From contig NC_042999.1 of the NCBI RefSeq assembly GCF_006345805.1, positions 44,020,001-44,084,000 of the forward strand: a DNA stretch of 64,000 nt. The letters run 5' to 3'. The notes beneath the pieces were generated by a model, which was given only the letters and a program-made list of their open reading frames with translations, was not told where the DNA came from and made no database searches. The translations under genes were made by a program, and so were the position numbers. Below, piece by piece: positions 48,913-62,656 of the stretch. The number at the start of each line of letters is the position of its first letter. Within the stretch, counting starts at the first letter, position 1. This DNA comes from Octopus sinensis (Eukaryota).

Positions 48913-50215
48913 CACACACACATATATATATATATATATCATTAGGGTACCAAGATGTGTGTTTTGCATAGCTAATATACAAGCTCCTATCCTTATGAAT
49001 TTAAACTTGCTGTAAAATGAGAAAACGAGATCTGTGAAATAGGCAGCTTAGTGTGAAAATGAAATCAACCACTTTCATTGCTATTTAAGCATTCAGGATA
49101 CCACTGATTAAATCCATAGACAACATTAAAATGTAAACAATTTATTCTTAAATTCATTTACATAATGCTACAAAGTTTATGTTCAGACAATAATTACTAA
49201 CACAAATAGCACCGCAGCTCACTTTGGCCAAGTTCTTGTGGATTGCATTTATACAGAAAATCTGAGTACACCAGTAGATAACCATAACTTTATAGATTCA
49301 ATAGAAATGTTACTTTATTATATCGATTAAAAAACAACGAATTTATGAACTAAATATTGACAGATGGTTCCAATGAACATGACTTGAACAAAACTTATTG
49401 AAAGCTGATCCATTCTGTATGTGGGAGTTTTTTCAAAATCTAGGGCAGTTGATCAGTTTGTGCTCTCATTGTGAAAAATTAGGTCTCTTTCTAGGCCACA
49501 TAAAAATGATTAAAATACCTAAGCTGCTCTTTCAAAGCACTATCTATGAACAAATGATATAGGTAAATTTCATTTGATCACAAATCACATTAATTTTCCA
49601 AAATAATTAGTCAATTTCACTATGCATGCACATATGTGTGTATGTTCGTTTTATCTAGCAAGGATGTGCTAAAGTGATTAATGCAAAAAATAATGATAAA
49701 TAAATAAAGAATATGTGGTGTCCCATAATATTTTGTGTTACCACTAAAGGACCATGTGATGATACTAGGAGAGATACACTGGAATGATTTCCTATTGCCC
49801 TAGTTAAATATGCAACCAGTATAAGCTTTAAAAAAACACCTGTAGATGCTTATAGTAATAACGTGCATTGACTTACTGTGCTTGTTTATAATTGAAGGTA
49901 CCACGTTGTTTGTATGTGGTTTCAGTCAGTCAGATAGAATGCTAATGACCATTTTACAAATATGCCAACTTCATTTACATTGTATTAGCTTGACTTCTTC
50001 AAATGTTGGGCAAATATTCAAATTTGCATATCCCACTCCCACCTTATTTTGATACATAAAGGAGATCTTCACCAGTCAAATATTCTTTATAGTCTAAATC
50101 CACTCTCTCTAGTCATTTGAGGTTGATTGTGCTGATTCAGAAATACATTCCATTTTCATCATATTCTCCTAATTCTGTGTCCCTTCCTGAAGCAAATATT
50201 ATCTTTTATGTTTAT

Positions 50216-50397
50216 AAGGTGTAGGAGTGGCTGTGTGGTAAGTAGCTTGCTTACGAACCACATAGTGCCGGGTTCAGTCCCAATGTGTGACACCTTGGGC
50301 AAGTCTCTTCTACTGTAGCCTCAGGCCGACCAAAGCCTTGTGAGTGGATTTGGTTGAGGAAACAGAAAGAAGCCTATCTTATATATGTGTATATATA

Positions 50398-50479
<82 letters not shown>

Positions 50480-50677
50480 TATGTCTGTGTTTGTCTCCCA
50501 ACATCACTTGACAACTGATGCTGGTGTGTTTACATCCCCCGTAACTTAGCGGTTCAGCAAAAGAGACCGATAGAATAAGTACTAGGCTTACAAAGAATAA
50601 GTCCTGGGGTCGATTTGCTCGACTAAAGGCACTACTCCAGCATGGCCACAGTCACATGACTGAAACAAGTAAAAGAG
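50216..50677 (+). mobile_element. SINE family A, full-length
   Basis: aaggtgtaggagtggctgtgtggtaag ... long (TA)(TG) ... gactgaaacaagtaaaagag. Confidence 0.87.
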
Positions 50678-51544
50678 TATAAAATAGTAATTAACTCAGT
50701 TTAATTAATTTTCTTAATCACAGGCTCCCTCATAGGGTCATAAAGTATTATTTACACTACATGTGTAAAAAAGGAATAAACCAGAATACCCTAATATCTA
50801 TATATTTAAAAAAAGCATGTCTAAACAAGTGATTAACTATGTAGTTTGATTAACCTTGACGATCACATGGTCTCTTCCATTTTGTATGTCAAGTATGTTC
50901 AATATAAGTAAAGAATTGAAGTTTTACTGGTTTACTTTATTTTTTCCTAATTCCTCGTACTCTATCATGGCCTTAGCTGTAGTGGCTTGACCAAACTAAA
51001 GAAACACCTATTGTTATGCTGCAATAAACTTGTGATATAACATTCATTACATAACAGAAAAAGTTCAGATCTCTAAATGGTTCAGTCAATAGTCTACTTT
51101 AATATCTCAAAGTTTGTGAATTCCTGTTTACTACTTTTGACTACTTGGTATCCTGCAGCCTATGAATTCATATTTGCCACTTGCTTTTCTTGTTTCATTG
51201 TGTCTCTGGACAAAACACTTCCATTGTATACATCATTTTCAGGCTGACTAATGCTTTGTAAATTTGATTGATGGAAAATGAACAAAGCTCATTGTATGTG
51301 TGTACATGTGTCCGTGTGAATGGAAAAGCCCAGTTACAAGCCGTGAAGTTTGTTACTGTTTCCTATCAACAAATTGTCTGCTAGCTCTGTGCTTTCAAAG
51401 ACATGTGGAATAAAAAATCTCTCTTGCTTGAAAACTTGATATATTTAGCCACTGGAAAAGAATCCAACTGTAAAACAATACCTAAATAATTTGTAGTTGT
51501 CTAAACCACACTAGCGTGAAAAAAACCCCAATTTACTTTAAACA

Positions 51545-52125
51545 TAGGCGTGGCTGCATGCTAAGAAGTTTGTTCCCAACCACATGGTCCTGGGTTCAGT
51601 CCCACTGTGTGGCACCTTGGGCAAGAGTCTTCTAGTATAGCCTCAAGCTGACCAAAGCTTTGTGAATGGTTTTGGTAGAAGGAAACTAAAAGAAGCCCAT
51701 TATATATATAGATATATACACTGCCGTATATATTTAGTACCACCTGATTGGTCCTCATGCTGGTGGCACATAAAAAGCATCCACTACACTCTCGGGGTGG
51801 TTGGCATTAGGAAGGGCATCCAGCAGTAGAAACATTTTCTGATCAGATTGGAGCTTGGTGCCCTCACTCAAACCGTCTAACCCATGCCAGCTTGGAAAGC
51901 AGATGTTAAACAATGATGATGGTATATGTATGTATATGTTTGTGTGTCTGTCCCCCCAAATCACTTGATAGCCAATGTTGGTGTGTGTACATCCCTGTAA
52001 CTTAGTGGTTCAGCAAAAGGGACCAATAGAAAAAGTACTAGGCTTACAAAGAATAAATCCTGGGGTCGGTTCATTCAATTAAAGGTGGTACTCCAGCATG
52101 GCCCCAGTCAAATGATTGAAACCAG
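51545..52125 (+). mobile_element. SINE family A with a family-C element (about 51745-51922) in its central microsatellite
   Basis: A head at 51545-51700, then gctggtggcacataaaaagc..ggaagggcatcc..gatgttaaacaatgatgatg, then the A 3' half resumes at about 51925. Confidence 0.8.
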
Positions 52126-52236
52126 TAAAAAAATAAGAGAATCTCCATTTAGTGGTAATAGGCACCTTCTCTGGAAGGAGATTGTATTAAAATCTAAGCT
52201 CTCATTTTATAAAACACACGCACAGTGTGGAAATTT

Positions 52237-52266
<30 letters not shown>

Positions 52267-52268
<2 letters not shown>

Positions 52269-52399
52269 GGCGTAGGAGTGGCTATGTGTGATAAGTAGCT
52301 TGCTTACGAACTACATGGTTCCAGGTTCAGTCCCACTGCGTGGCAAAGCCTTGTGAGTGGATTTGGTAGACGGAAACTGAAAGAAGCCCGTCGTAAAAA

Positions 52400-52472
<73 letters not shown>

Positions 52473-52679
52473 TATGTGTTTGTGTGTCTGTGCTTGTCCC
52501 CCTAGCATTGCTTGACAACCGATGCTGGTGTGTTTATGTCCCCGTTACTTAGCGGTTCGGCAAAAGAGACCGATAGAATAAGTAGTGGGCTTACAAAAGA
52601 ATAAGTCCCGGTTTGAGTTGCTCGACTGAAGGCGGTGCTTCAGCATGGCCACAGTCACATGGCTGAAGCAAGTAAAAAA

Positions 52680-52680
<1 letters not shown>
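52267..52680 (+). mobile_element. SINE family A, young, with an internal deletion of about 40 bp
   Basis: ctgcgtggc|aaagccttg lacks the accttgggcaagtgtcttc..ccgacc segment seen in the other copies. Confidence 0.85.
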
Positions 52681-52719
<39 letters not shown>

Positions 52720-53769
52720 CCGAGGGATTAAAATTAATCAAAGGACATGCTAGGTATGTCAACCTGCTTGAAATAACAGTCAAAACTCTTATAAGTTTTA
52801 TACTTTATTTGGATGACTGTGACTTCAAAGTTTCGCTGCCAGCAGCACATTTAACAGACCTAATGATCCACTGTCAACAACACTTCAAAATCAGACACTC
52901 TACATTTCATTCTATTAAAATGTTTAAACAGTATAGAGTCTATACTGAGTTCTTTATCAGTTATCGTTACCTATTGTTTTTGAAGATTTCTTAAAAACAC
53001 AAACATCAGGTAAATTTTGTACTTTTTTTTTAATATTAGGATATTATTCGTTTAAACCTTGAAAATTTATAATCATTCTCAGGTTTCTTTCTTTAGAAGT
53101 CGTATTTTGTCCCCCCCTTTTTTTTTTTATCTTTTTAGTTTTACTTCTACTCTAGCATTTAGATTATTTTATTTGTGCTTAATGGATTTCCTTCAAGTAT
53201 AGAAAATTTTGTTTTTCATTTCTTTACATATGTGATATGGAGGAAACACAGAGAGAGAGAGGGTGTGTCTGTGTGTGTGTTTCTGTTCTATCTTTTTTTA
53301 TACATGTTTTGATATTCAACTATTTTCATCATCAGTAAACCTGAATCGAAATCCTGCTTTCTTGGCTTACATGTGCATGCGCAGTCTTCATTTATTGATC
53401 CACATTCCTTCTATGACAAATTGTTGCTGTAAAGCTACTATGGTAGTAGTAGTGGTGTGGGAGTGAGAAGGTTGCAGAAGGCTTCTTATTTCCAAGATCA
53501 ATACTATTGAATGATTATCATAGAAAAAGCAATCAAAATAAACCAAGCAACTTTTCTATAGGATTCGGTATAGTGGGTGGGGGAAGCATTTTTTTTTTGT
53601 TTTGTTTTACCTTTAATACTTAATTTCCTTGTTTTCTTTGCTGCTAGAATATGAAAGCTGTATACTCTATACAACTGTTTTGCTATAAATATATCTATTT
53701 TATTGACCTCCACCACCACACCAGCCATCTGACTAACTCCCCACAGAATTTAATCTTTTCTCTCTCCCC

Positions 53770-53821
<52 letters not shown>

Positions 53822-56800
53822 ATTTTAATTTCGGTGTAATTTCCTTTGACTCTAGTATTTATAAAATCAACATTGTCATCAGGTAATGAGTATTAGTAAG
53901 AGAGAGATAACCTCCGTGGATTCTTACCTAAGTATCTACCTACCTATCCTCATTTCTAACATGCTAGAGGTTGTCATTTATTAAAAATAACTCTAACTAT
54001 ATTACAGAATGGCCTACAGTCATTTCGTCGAATTTTTTTTTTTTTTGTGGCTTTGTCTCTCGTGGTGCACATTCCTCTTCAGTATGATGCTGTTGATTGT
54101 GGTATGCAACTTCACTATCCAATCAAATTTGCTATTTGTTAATGTGTTGGAGAGATGTGTAGTAGTACATGCTGAAGCAGAGTGTTGCAAGCAGCTCGGT
54201 GGTGTTGGATAGGGAGTAGCAGCTCCTTCGATTTTTCTGTTGATTCCCCCCCCCCCTTTTGCCTGCTACCATGTGTGCATGCCTAGTTTATTTCCCTCCA
54301 TTTTTACACTGGTATAGATGATACATGCTGTAAAAATTTTTGTGGGTGGGATTGGCGATGTATTGTTGTAGGAGATAATCTTTTAATCTGTAGCCATGGA
54401 TAAAATATATATCTATCTCTACTATACATACCCATTGCTTTAACAATGTCCCATATTAACTGGATTACAGTTTTCTATCTGAATTCTTGAATTCCTGGTC
54501 TTTTTTTTTATATCATTATAATCATATTCATCAAATAATTTTGAAACACGGTAAGATCATAAATCATTTCTCTCTGTCTGTCTGTCTCTCTCTCTCCTTC
54601 AAGTATGTGAATCAATTAATTAAGTATAGACTTTCTTTGTCTCTGGTACAAATTTGTGTTTAACTCTTTGTTGTGAAATTGCATCATGTCATATCAAATG
54701 GTTTGTGTGTTGTTTTGTTGTGGGGGTGCAGAGAAGTTGTGGGATTGGTTGGGTGGTCAAATATAGAGAATGTTACATGGATATTGTCACACAGGTTGCT
54801 GGGCGAATATATATATATAACGAACAGGTCTTTGTTATGGGTCAGGTGTAAACAAGCACTTTAAAATTTAGGTGAACCGAAAGTTAATAGCCATGGCAGG
54901 AGGAAGTAGCAATAAGCAACGCCTGATGTTGTGTTAGTACCATTAAGCAGCAGTTGCAATAGCAGCAGTTGTATATTGTTGACTGTTGACACACAGTGTG
55001 ACACTTTAAATATGCCTAGTTTCCTAATGGCTAGCAAAGAAAGGGGAAAGTGTAGAGTAAGGGAATGACATTGAATGCCAATATTTCTCTTGTGTTTAAC
55101 TTCTATTATGAAACTGGACCTTTCCGTCAAAATGCTAATGGAAAGTAAATCTGATTTCTCAACCCCTTTCTATTTATTTCTTTTTTTTTTTTACCTTCAC
55201 CACCACAATCAACATCAAATAGTTACCATGCTTTTCTTCATTTTCATTCTGTCCAAAACATTATTGTCTCCCATTATTAGCAGCCACCACCATTACTATT
55301 TGTATTTGAGTGTATATATATTCAACAATAAAATTTCAAACTAGTTGACAACTTAAGTATTTATTTTCTTTCCACCTACTCTTTTTAAATTTAGTTTCCG
55401 TGTACATTAAATTGTATTTATTCATTGTTTCATTTTTCCTTTTTTAAGACAATTTATATAAAATACAGTGTTGAGTATCCTCTATCTTATTATTCTTAAC
55501 GTTTTTCATGACCCTCAAAGCATAAGACTGCACCCCTGAGGTTTCTGTATTTAAACAACCTGTTCCAATTAAAACTTAGAAGTTTGAGGCCTTTGGTTTA
55601 TTGAAATAAGTTTGTATATTAAAGCAAGGCATAAATACTTCAAAGATTCAATATCCCGCAAAAGGTTAAATCTTATTTATTCATTTATAGAGCAAATAAT
55701 TAGTTGCATAAAGAAACCTTTTATACACACTTGAGTAAATTCACTATAAAAGACTTGTTACCTATTATGCAATGCTTAATTATATAACCTGCTTAATATT
55801 TTGTGAAATATATAATACAATATTTTGTGAAATATATAATACAAAATTTTTTGGAGCTAATTTTAACGTGATAGGTGTTTTTCTTATATCCCATATTCAA
55901 TGCTTGAACAGATCACCTTGTTTAACATTGCTGGTTATTCATAAATTTTAATACAGGGGTCAGTTTGAAATGGCTTAATAATCTTACTTAAAATACCAGC
56001 CAAGATTTATAGGCTGTTTTAGAAATCTGAAAGTTTATTATTACACACATTTTGTCTCTATCAGTAGTTTTCAACTAAGTAGACTAATTTTGAAAAAAAT
56101 TAGTTGTTCAAATTTTATAGTTAATAATCTTTAGATCCAGTTTTAAAAACAATCACAAACATTGCATTCTTGAATGTGTGTCTGGTTAAAGAATAGTTAT
56201 AAATCTTCCATTTTAACGTAAGTAAATAAGGAAACATTTGTCCGTTATAAAATGCCCTGACTGCTTACATCTATGATTTATGTTACCTCTGGTGTGTATT
56301 TATTGCTAGATAACCTATTCTGTTCTGAGTTAAGTTTCATTGCCAGAGACATGACTCAGTACCAATGAAAGGCATGCAAACTTTTGAGTTTTTATCTACT
56401 TCTCTAACATTCCACTGACCTGAACCATCCAAAGCTCTTACTGCCTAATATACTTGGGGAAGACTAAATAAATATCTGTATGATTACACTTAGTTACCAG
56501 CAGATTGTTTGGGAATTAATATTTGAAAAGTATATATCTTTAAAAGCAGATTATTTATCTTTATATAAAATCATCATATGTGTGCAAATTTTCTTTCCAC
56601 TAATGCTACAACTAATACTTTGTCTCCAAGTAAAATTTAAAACCAGACTTTATAAAATACTCACCCAGGTAAATTGAACCAAGGGAGCCTCTATGCAGTC
56701 ACTAGACATACCCAAATAGCAGCTAAATTTCCCTTCAAATCACACCTTTTTGTCTTAAAAAGGAAGGATACAGAAACTGTATTCCTAGTCATGCAAAAAG

Positions 56801-57981
56801 ATGGGATGGTCATGGCTAGAATACCTTTGATCATAGATCTGCTTGATTAGGACTAAACAACAAGCAGTAACATATTTAAAACATTTTTTTAAATCTTAAT
56901 GTTTTAAGCATGAAACTATTGCTGTATAAATTATAGATATGGTAGGATTTCCCATATGCAATATAGAGAGTTGATTAACAGATTATCTACACAATTCGTG
57001 GTCAAAAACCCCTAGCATTGTTTAAAATGTAAAAAACAAAAAAATAATTAAAAAAAGATAACAATAAAATATACACAATGCAGCATGGAAGGTTCTGTAA
57101 CCCTTAAAAAATAACCATACTGAAAGAGGAAGATGATTGGACCTAGGCAGTTATATAAAGAAAAAAATACTACTTTCCTTGAAATTTAACGAAAAAAACT
57201 AAGTCAGACAAAAAAATAAAGGTTATTGAATGTAAATATATAGTTTTACATTAAAATTTGGTTGGACTCCAGAAAACATTAGGTCTGATTTGTTTGTATT
57301 AATATACGTCATGGCTGAATGGATCTGATGCCAAACTCTTAGTTCATTGTATGAAGCATGCATTCTGCCTTCTAATTTGCATACGTCATGTCGGTTAGTC
57401 TTTCAACTCTGTGTAGTCTCCTACTTCAAACGTGTGTAGTCCTACTGTATTTGGATTTATTATGTGGGATGGAATTCTCAGCAGTATTTCCCCTCCACCG
57501 TATTATTCTGGAGATGTACTTGCCAGGCAGGCGATTCAATCTCAGACCGTGCATTGAAACTAAAGCAATCGCAGCATGGTAGACACGTGTCAACCATTCA
57601 AAAACACACAAAGAATGTTAACTACAATTAAATATTGAGTATTTGGTGTCAAAATTTTCTTTGCGCCAACTGCAACCTGGTCACTGATGCAATTCCATTG
57701 CATATTGTTTATATAAATTATTCTTGTCCTAATTTTGAAACTGAGGCTATAAACTATCGGATATATTTGTGCTAAATTGAAATATCAAGTACAAAGTAAA
57801 TCATTTCATATTTTATTTATAGTCATTGTATTTTAGATTTTTCCTTTTCTTTCTTTTTCTCTTTTTTTTTCCAGTTTTTACTTTCTACTTATAGAGAGAT
57901 TTTCATAGTTTTTAATGTTGTGATGTCATTTCACTTCTGCATTTTGCTTCTGATGTGTTATTCCTCTAAACTGAAGCATCT

Positions 57982-58200
57982 TTAACCCTTTAGCATTTAA
58001 ACCGGCCAAAAGTATTCTACCTGTTTTATGTTCAAACTGGCCAGATCTAGTCTCTCACACCAACCCTACAATATCGTTTTAAAAATTAACAGCTACCTCC
58101 TCAAAATCTCATAGCTCCAAGATAATGCATGATTAGTTCAAAACAATGTGGATGAAAAAGCTTTAATTATAGCAGAATAATGTGAACACTAAAGGGTTAA
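57982..58200. mobile_element. piggyBac-like MITE family P2
   Basis: TTAA|ccctttagc ... actaaaggg|TTAA, collinear with 47846-48064. Confidence 0.8.
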
Positions 58201-58392
58201 ATCAATTATATGTAACTCCTATTTTATTTATTTTTTTTTTTACCATTTTCCTTTAAGCTTTTCATTTCAAAATTTTGTCTGAACTATACCTTTAGGCATG
58301 ACATAGATAGTTCTGTAATCTTAAGGAGAATCAAATTTTAAGTAGGAGACTAAACTATTTGTTTATAACACTGGAATGCTGGGATACATATG

Positions 58393-58781
58393 CAAAGGCA
58401 TGGCTGTGACATGAGAAGTTTGCTTCCCAACCATATGGTTTAGAGTTTAGTCCCATTGAGAAGCACCTTGGGCAAGTGCTTTCTACTACAGCCTTAAGCT
58501 AACCAAAGCCTTGTGAATGAATTTGGTTTATGGGCACTGAAAGAAGCCCATCATGTGTATGTGGGCAGATGTATGTTTGTGTCTCCTGGTCATAAGAGAG
58601 CATTGCTGCCATATCCAACATAATGAGTAGGCATGTCTAGCCATGGGAAAATAATACTTTGTTTGGAAACAGGTGATAATTGGCATCAGGAAGGGCAACT
58701 GTTTGTAGGAAATTTGCCTCAATAAACTCTGTCTGACTCATGCCATCATGGAGAAGTAGATGTTAAAATGATGATGATGAC
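58393..58781 (+). mobile_element. Chimeric SINE: family-A head plus RTE-derived tail
   Basis: ggcatggctgtg..gcaccttgggcaagtg..gaaagaagcccatc (tg) ... ggcatcaggaagggcaac ... catggagaagtagatgttaaaat(gat)n. Confidence 0.72.
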
Positions 58782-58831
58782 TGGGTTGATATGTTATTTA
58801 TGAAAATGACCAGTATTATTATCCTTGAAAT

Positions 58832-59074
58832 TTAACCCTTTTGTTACCATATTTCTGTTAAAATATTATTTTTCTCTTTTCCTTGTTTCAGTCATTTGAC
58901 TGTGGCCATGCTGGAGCACCGCCTTTAGTCGAGCAAATCGACCCTAGGACTTATTCTTTGTAAGCCTAGTACTTACTCTATCGGTCTCTTTTGCCAAAGC
59001 ACTAAGTTACGGGGATATAAACACACCAGCATCAGTTGTCAAGCGATGTTGGGGGGACAAATACAGGCACACAT

Positions 59075-59121
<47 letters not shown>

Positions 59122-59450
59122 ACAGGCTTCTTTCAGTTTCCGTCTACCAAATCCACTCACAAGGCTTTGGTCGGCCCGAGGCTATAGTAGAAGGCACTTG
59201 CCCAAGGTGCCACTCAGTGGGACTGAACCCAGAACCATGTGGTTTGTAAGCAAGCTACTTACCACACAGCCACTCCTACGCCTACGCTTTAATTAATTTT
59301 AAATATAACAAAGATGTTAGTAAATTAGCTTAGTTATCATTAAGGTAGTGTTAGGAACATAAATTATGACTAAAGTTTATTGGAAGATTTCAATTCAGAA
59401 CTTTTGAAAACAAGGCATTTGTACTTCAGAGCCAGATGGCAAAAACAAAA
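58832..59450. mobile_element. P1 MITE interrupted by an antisense SINE-A (58874-59284)
   Basis: ttaa|cccttttgttaccat.., then the SINE, then ttttaaatataacaaag..gttatcattaag..cagagccag, matching 660-870. Confidence 0.75.
58874..59284 (-). mobile_element. SINE family A, young
   Basis: Near-identical to 2312-2669 and 42409-42826. Confidence 0.87.
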
Positions 59451-61254
59451 GAAATTATTAAATCTAAATACAGTTTTACAATAAAATTTGGCTGAACAAA
59501 AAGTGATAGTGACAATTTGTATACAAACTCTTGGCTCATGCTTCATCTATATCCAGTTAGTGGCACATCGTGTTTTGTGTTAAACAAGTCCCTCAACTCT
59601 ACATGTACTAATTTAGGCTGTAATGAACTGTAAAACATAACACTTGTGAGCTTTAAATTGTTTGTGGTCAGTGTAATTTATTTACTCAGAAAATATTCGT
59701 AAACTTGATTAGGAGAGTTACAGATTGGTGGAAGTAGTAATAATGCTCCAGAAAAGGATTAAAGATAGGAGAGTATTGTAATAAGATTAGTTGTCTTGAT
59801 AAGATGTTGGAAACATAATGGTGTTGAGGGTGGGGGGTAAAAAAACTAACAATGTATTGATTTCTTTTGTTGATTAAACTGGTTGGTTCTTATGCTTGGT
59901 CACCTCATTTCTTCATAATTTCTGTATCTTAATTCAATACAGAGGAAGTGGGTGTACTTTTGGCTTTATCATTCCTCTGAAACTAGTGAGGTTGATGCTG
60001 TTAAACATTCTGGTTAAACTGTTCTAATTCAACAGCTGCTGAAGAAATTTGTATAAAGGATTTCCAGAGGACTGACATTCCAAAAAGGAAGAACTGGAGA
60101 TATTGGTTTATGTAGGACATGGAGTGGGGGTTACAATATGGATGACAAGGAGAGGAGAGAAGAATGAGTTCAGATGGCACAAGACTAACCCACTATAAGG
60201 AACAGAAGCCAATGTAATAGTAGTATAAAAGGCAGAGGGAAGATACAGCTTGTTTTTTGGGCCAGATGTCGGATTTGTCTCTGTGGCTGACTTCATGCCA
60301 GTCAATCAACTAACTCTTCTTTAAACAGTCTGGGATGTATGTATGTGTGTGTGTTAACAGTTGCACCATTCCAGATGTGGGGAAAAGTTCTCAGATATGG
60401 ATCCCACCTGAGTTTTGGTGAAGGATTATTAATTGTTGGTAGGCAATATACTTTTAGTTCAGTACAAGGCTAGTCTTTGAGATGAAATCTTTGCTAAGTT
60501 GAGGGTGTGCATTCACTAGGAGATATCTTAGTGATGGTTAGCATTTGAAATGTTCTTGAAGGTTCTAAGGTTTTTAATTTTCCCCCACCCATGAAGATAG
60601 ATGAGGTGTGATTATGCAGTAATTATGTCTTTGTGCAGTTGAAGGAAATAAGATTGGTATGACTCCATGCTTTCATGAAAAATTTTTTCACCCCAGGAGT
60701 TATAAAGAGCAATTAACTTGAACTTATTGCCACATTATATCACTTCTAAGATTTGCACTAAAAATAAAATAACGATGGAACTATATACTTTCTTAATTAC
60801 CTCAGACTGTTGATTGGTAGAATCATTAATATTTGTTCAGTTCCTTACATTCTGTGTTTACCTGTGATGACGCTGGTGACAAACTGTATCAGCCCTTGCC
60901 TTTTCCTTGAACAACATTAGCAACATGAAAAGGGAGATATCCTGCATGAACAACTGCTGGTCTTAAAAGGGGGAAGAAAACAAAAACCTTCAGGCATACT
61001 CCCAAAGAGAGTTTTTCAGGTGCAGATACATCAGATATATGTTCAACCCTAACATCAGAGACCATAGAAGTAGGTCATGTGTGAAAAGTACAATTAATAT
61101 ACCTAATATGCAAGATTAAGAACAATAATTTTCAGGAAAAAAATATATGTTGTTTAGAAAAACAAACTGAAAAAATATACATGATTGGAGATGAACATGA
61201 GATATCTAAGAATATTTCTTAAAGATACAAAGTTATGAGGCATCTGCCTCTGCA

Positions 61255-61900
61255 CATCATCATAGTTTCACATCTGCTTTTCTAGATTTGCATGCATTGG
61301 ACAGTTCTTCCCCAGCACAGTTTCTTACTTCTCCCTTAAGTGTTTCAGCCTCCTGAGATTAGCCTTCACCTCTTGCCATGTCTAGTCTTCCACAGGTTCC
61401 TCTCACATGGTTTACTTGATAATTTTTACCCAGCTGTCAACCTCCATATACATCACATGTCCATGCATTTACACTTTCATTACACATCCAACAGAGCATG
61501 CTCTCCACTGTTTCTTTCTTGTGATCACACGTCATCCTGTGTTTCACTACCATGCAGTATGCACACAAGCATCATACAATCTACCTTTCCCCCACCCTTT
61601 GCTAACAACAGAAGTAATAGCTCACTAGAATTTTTTCCACCCCTTATTCTGGTTATTACACTTTCACTATACCCACCTTCATTACTAATAAGTTTTATCT
61701 AGATTTTTTTAAAAACTGCCATCTACCAGGGAACCTTTCCAGATATTTGAATGAATCAGTTTTCATCAATGTTTACACTTCAACTGCTCTTGCGCATATG
61801 ATGGTAGTTAAGTCCTTTACTGCTAATTAAAGTTTTTCTGTACTGTAAGGCCTCTTATTTACCACTTGTTCTCTTCCTAAGGATCATAAACCACCAACAA
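61255..61900 (-). mobile_element. Decayed RTE-clade LINE 3' portion
   Basis: Reverse complement peptide pieces GGYSESVITRIR, KGRLYDACV and LHGSET. It ends gaactgtccaatgcatgcaaatctagaaaagcagatgtgaaact(atg)n, homologous to the family-C tail. Confidence 0.75.
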
Positions 61901-62161
61901 CTTTCTCCACTGTTCTTGGCTCTGATGCTTCTGTAGCTTTGCCCTTTTTCTAGGTAAGAGTGTCAAACCTACACAAACCCATTTTTACCTCTGGGAAGAG
62001 GTGATTCATATTAGTCTGCCCCCTGTTCTTGACTTGTCCAACATGAGAGGCCCCTATCAGGAGCTTGCACTCTGCTGGCATATCTTTCAGGACCATTGAG
62101 GCATATAAACCACAACAACAAGAACTGGACCTTGTGGTGGCAGTAAGAAGCCTCTTGGTTA

Positions 62162-62385
62162 AGGCGGCAAGCTGGCAGAAACGTTAGCACGTCGGGCGAA
62201 ATGCTTAGCGGTATTTCATCTGCCGTTACGTTTTGAGTTCAAATTCTGCCGGGGTCGACTTTACCTTTCATCCTTTCGGGGTCGATTAAATAAGTACCAG
62301 TTATGCACTGGGGTTGATATAATCAACTTAATACCTTTATTTGTCCCCTCTATGTTTAGCTCCTTGTGGGCAATAAAGAAATAAG
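62162..62385 (+). mobile_element. SINE family B, young
   Basis: aggcggcaagctggcagaaacgttag (A box), gagttcaaattc (B box), cctttcatcctttcggggtcgattaaataagtaccag. Possible TSD aagaagcctcttggtt at about 62145 and 62385. Confidence 0.85.
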
Positions 62386-62617
62386 AAGCCTCTTGGTTTT
62401 AAGTTTTGCTTCCATATTTGGAATTTTTTCTCTAATTTTTCTTTTTTTTTTCTTTTTTGACTGGTTCAGCTATGAAAACTCAGTCATTAACATACAGAGA
62501 GATGTTCCCACAGTCAGTCAGTCTTAAAGTACTCTGTTATGGCCAGGAGATCTTTAATAAACATACTTATAAATTTGTTTCATCAAATGTAGAAAAAAAT
62601 ATTTTCATGAAACATCA

Positions 62618-62656
<39 letters not shown>

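Noticed and set aside
52365-52392. Hammerhead in SINE-A (gacggaaactgaaagaagcccgtc)
   Set aside because: CTGAAAG is not CUGANGA, and there is no room for stems I and III between the motifs.
57388-57582. Signal-peptide-like 64-aa ORF
   Set aside because: A hydrophobic start is expected by chance in T-rich DNA; there is no good donor and no homology I recognise.
59700-60600. Possible decayed LINE on the minus strand
   Set aside because: The composition is suggestive, but I could not recover a convincing conserved motif.
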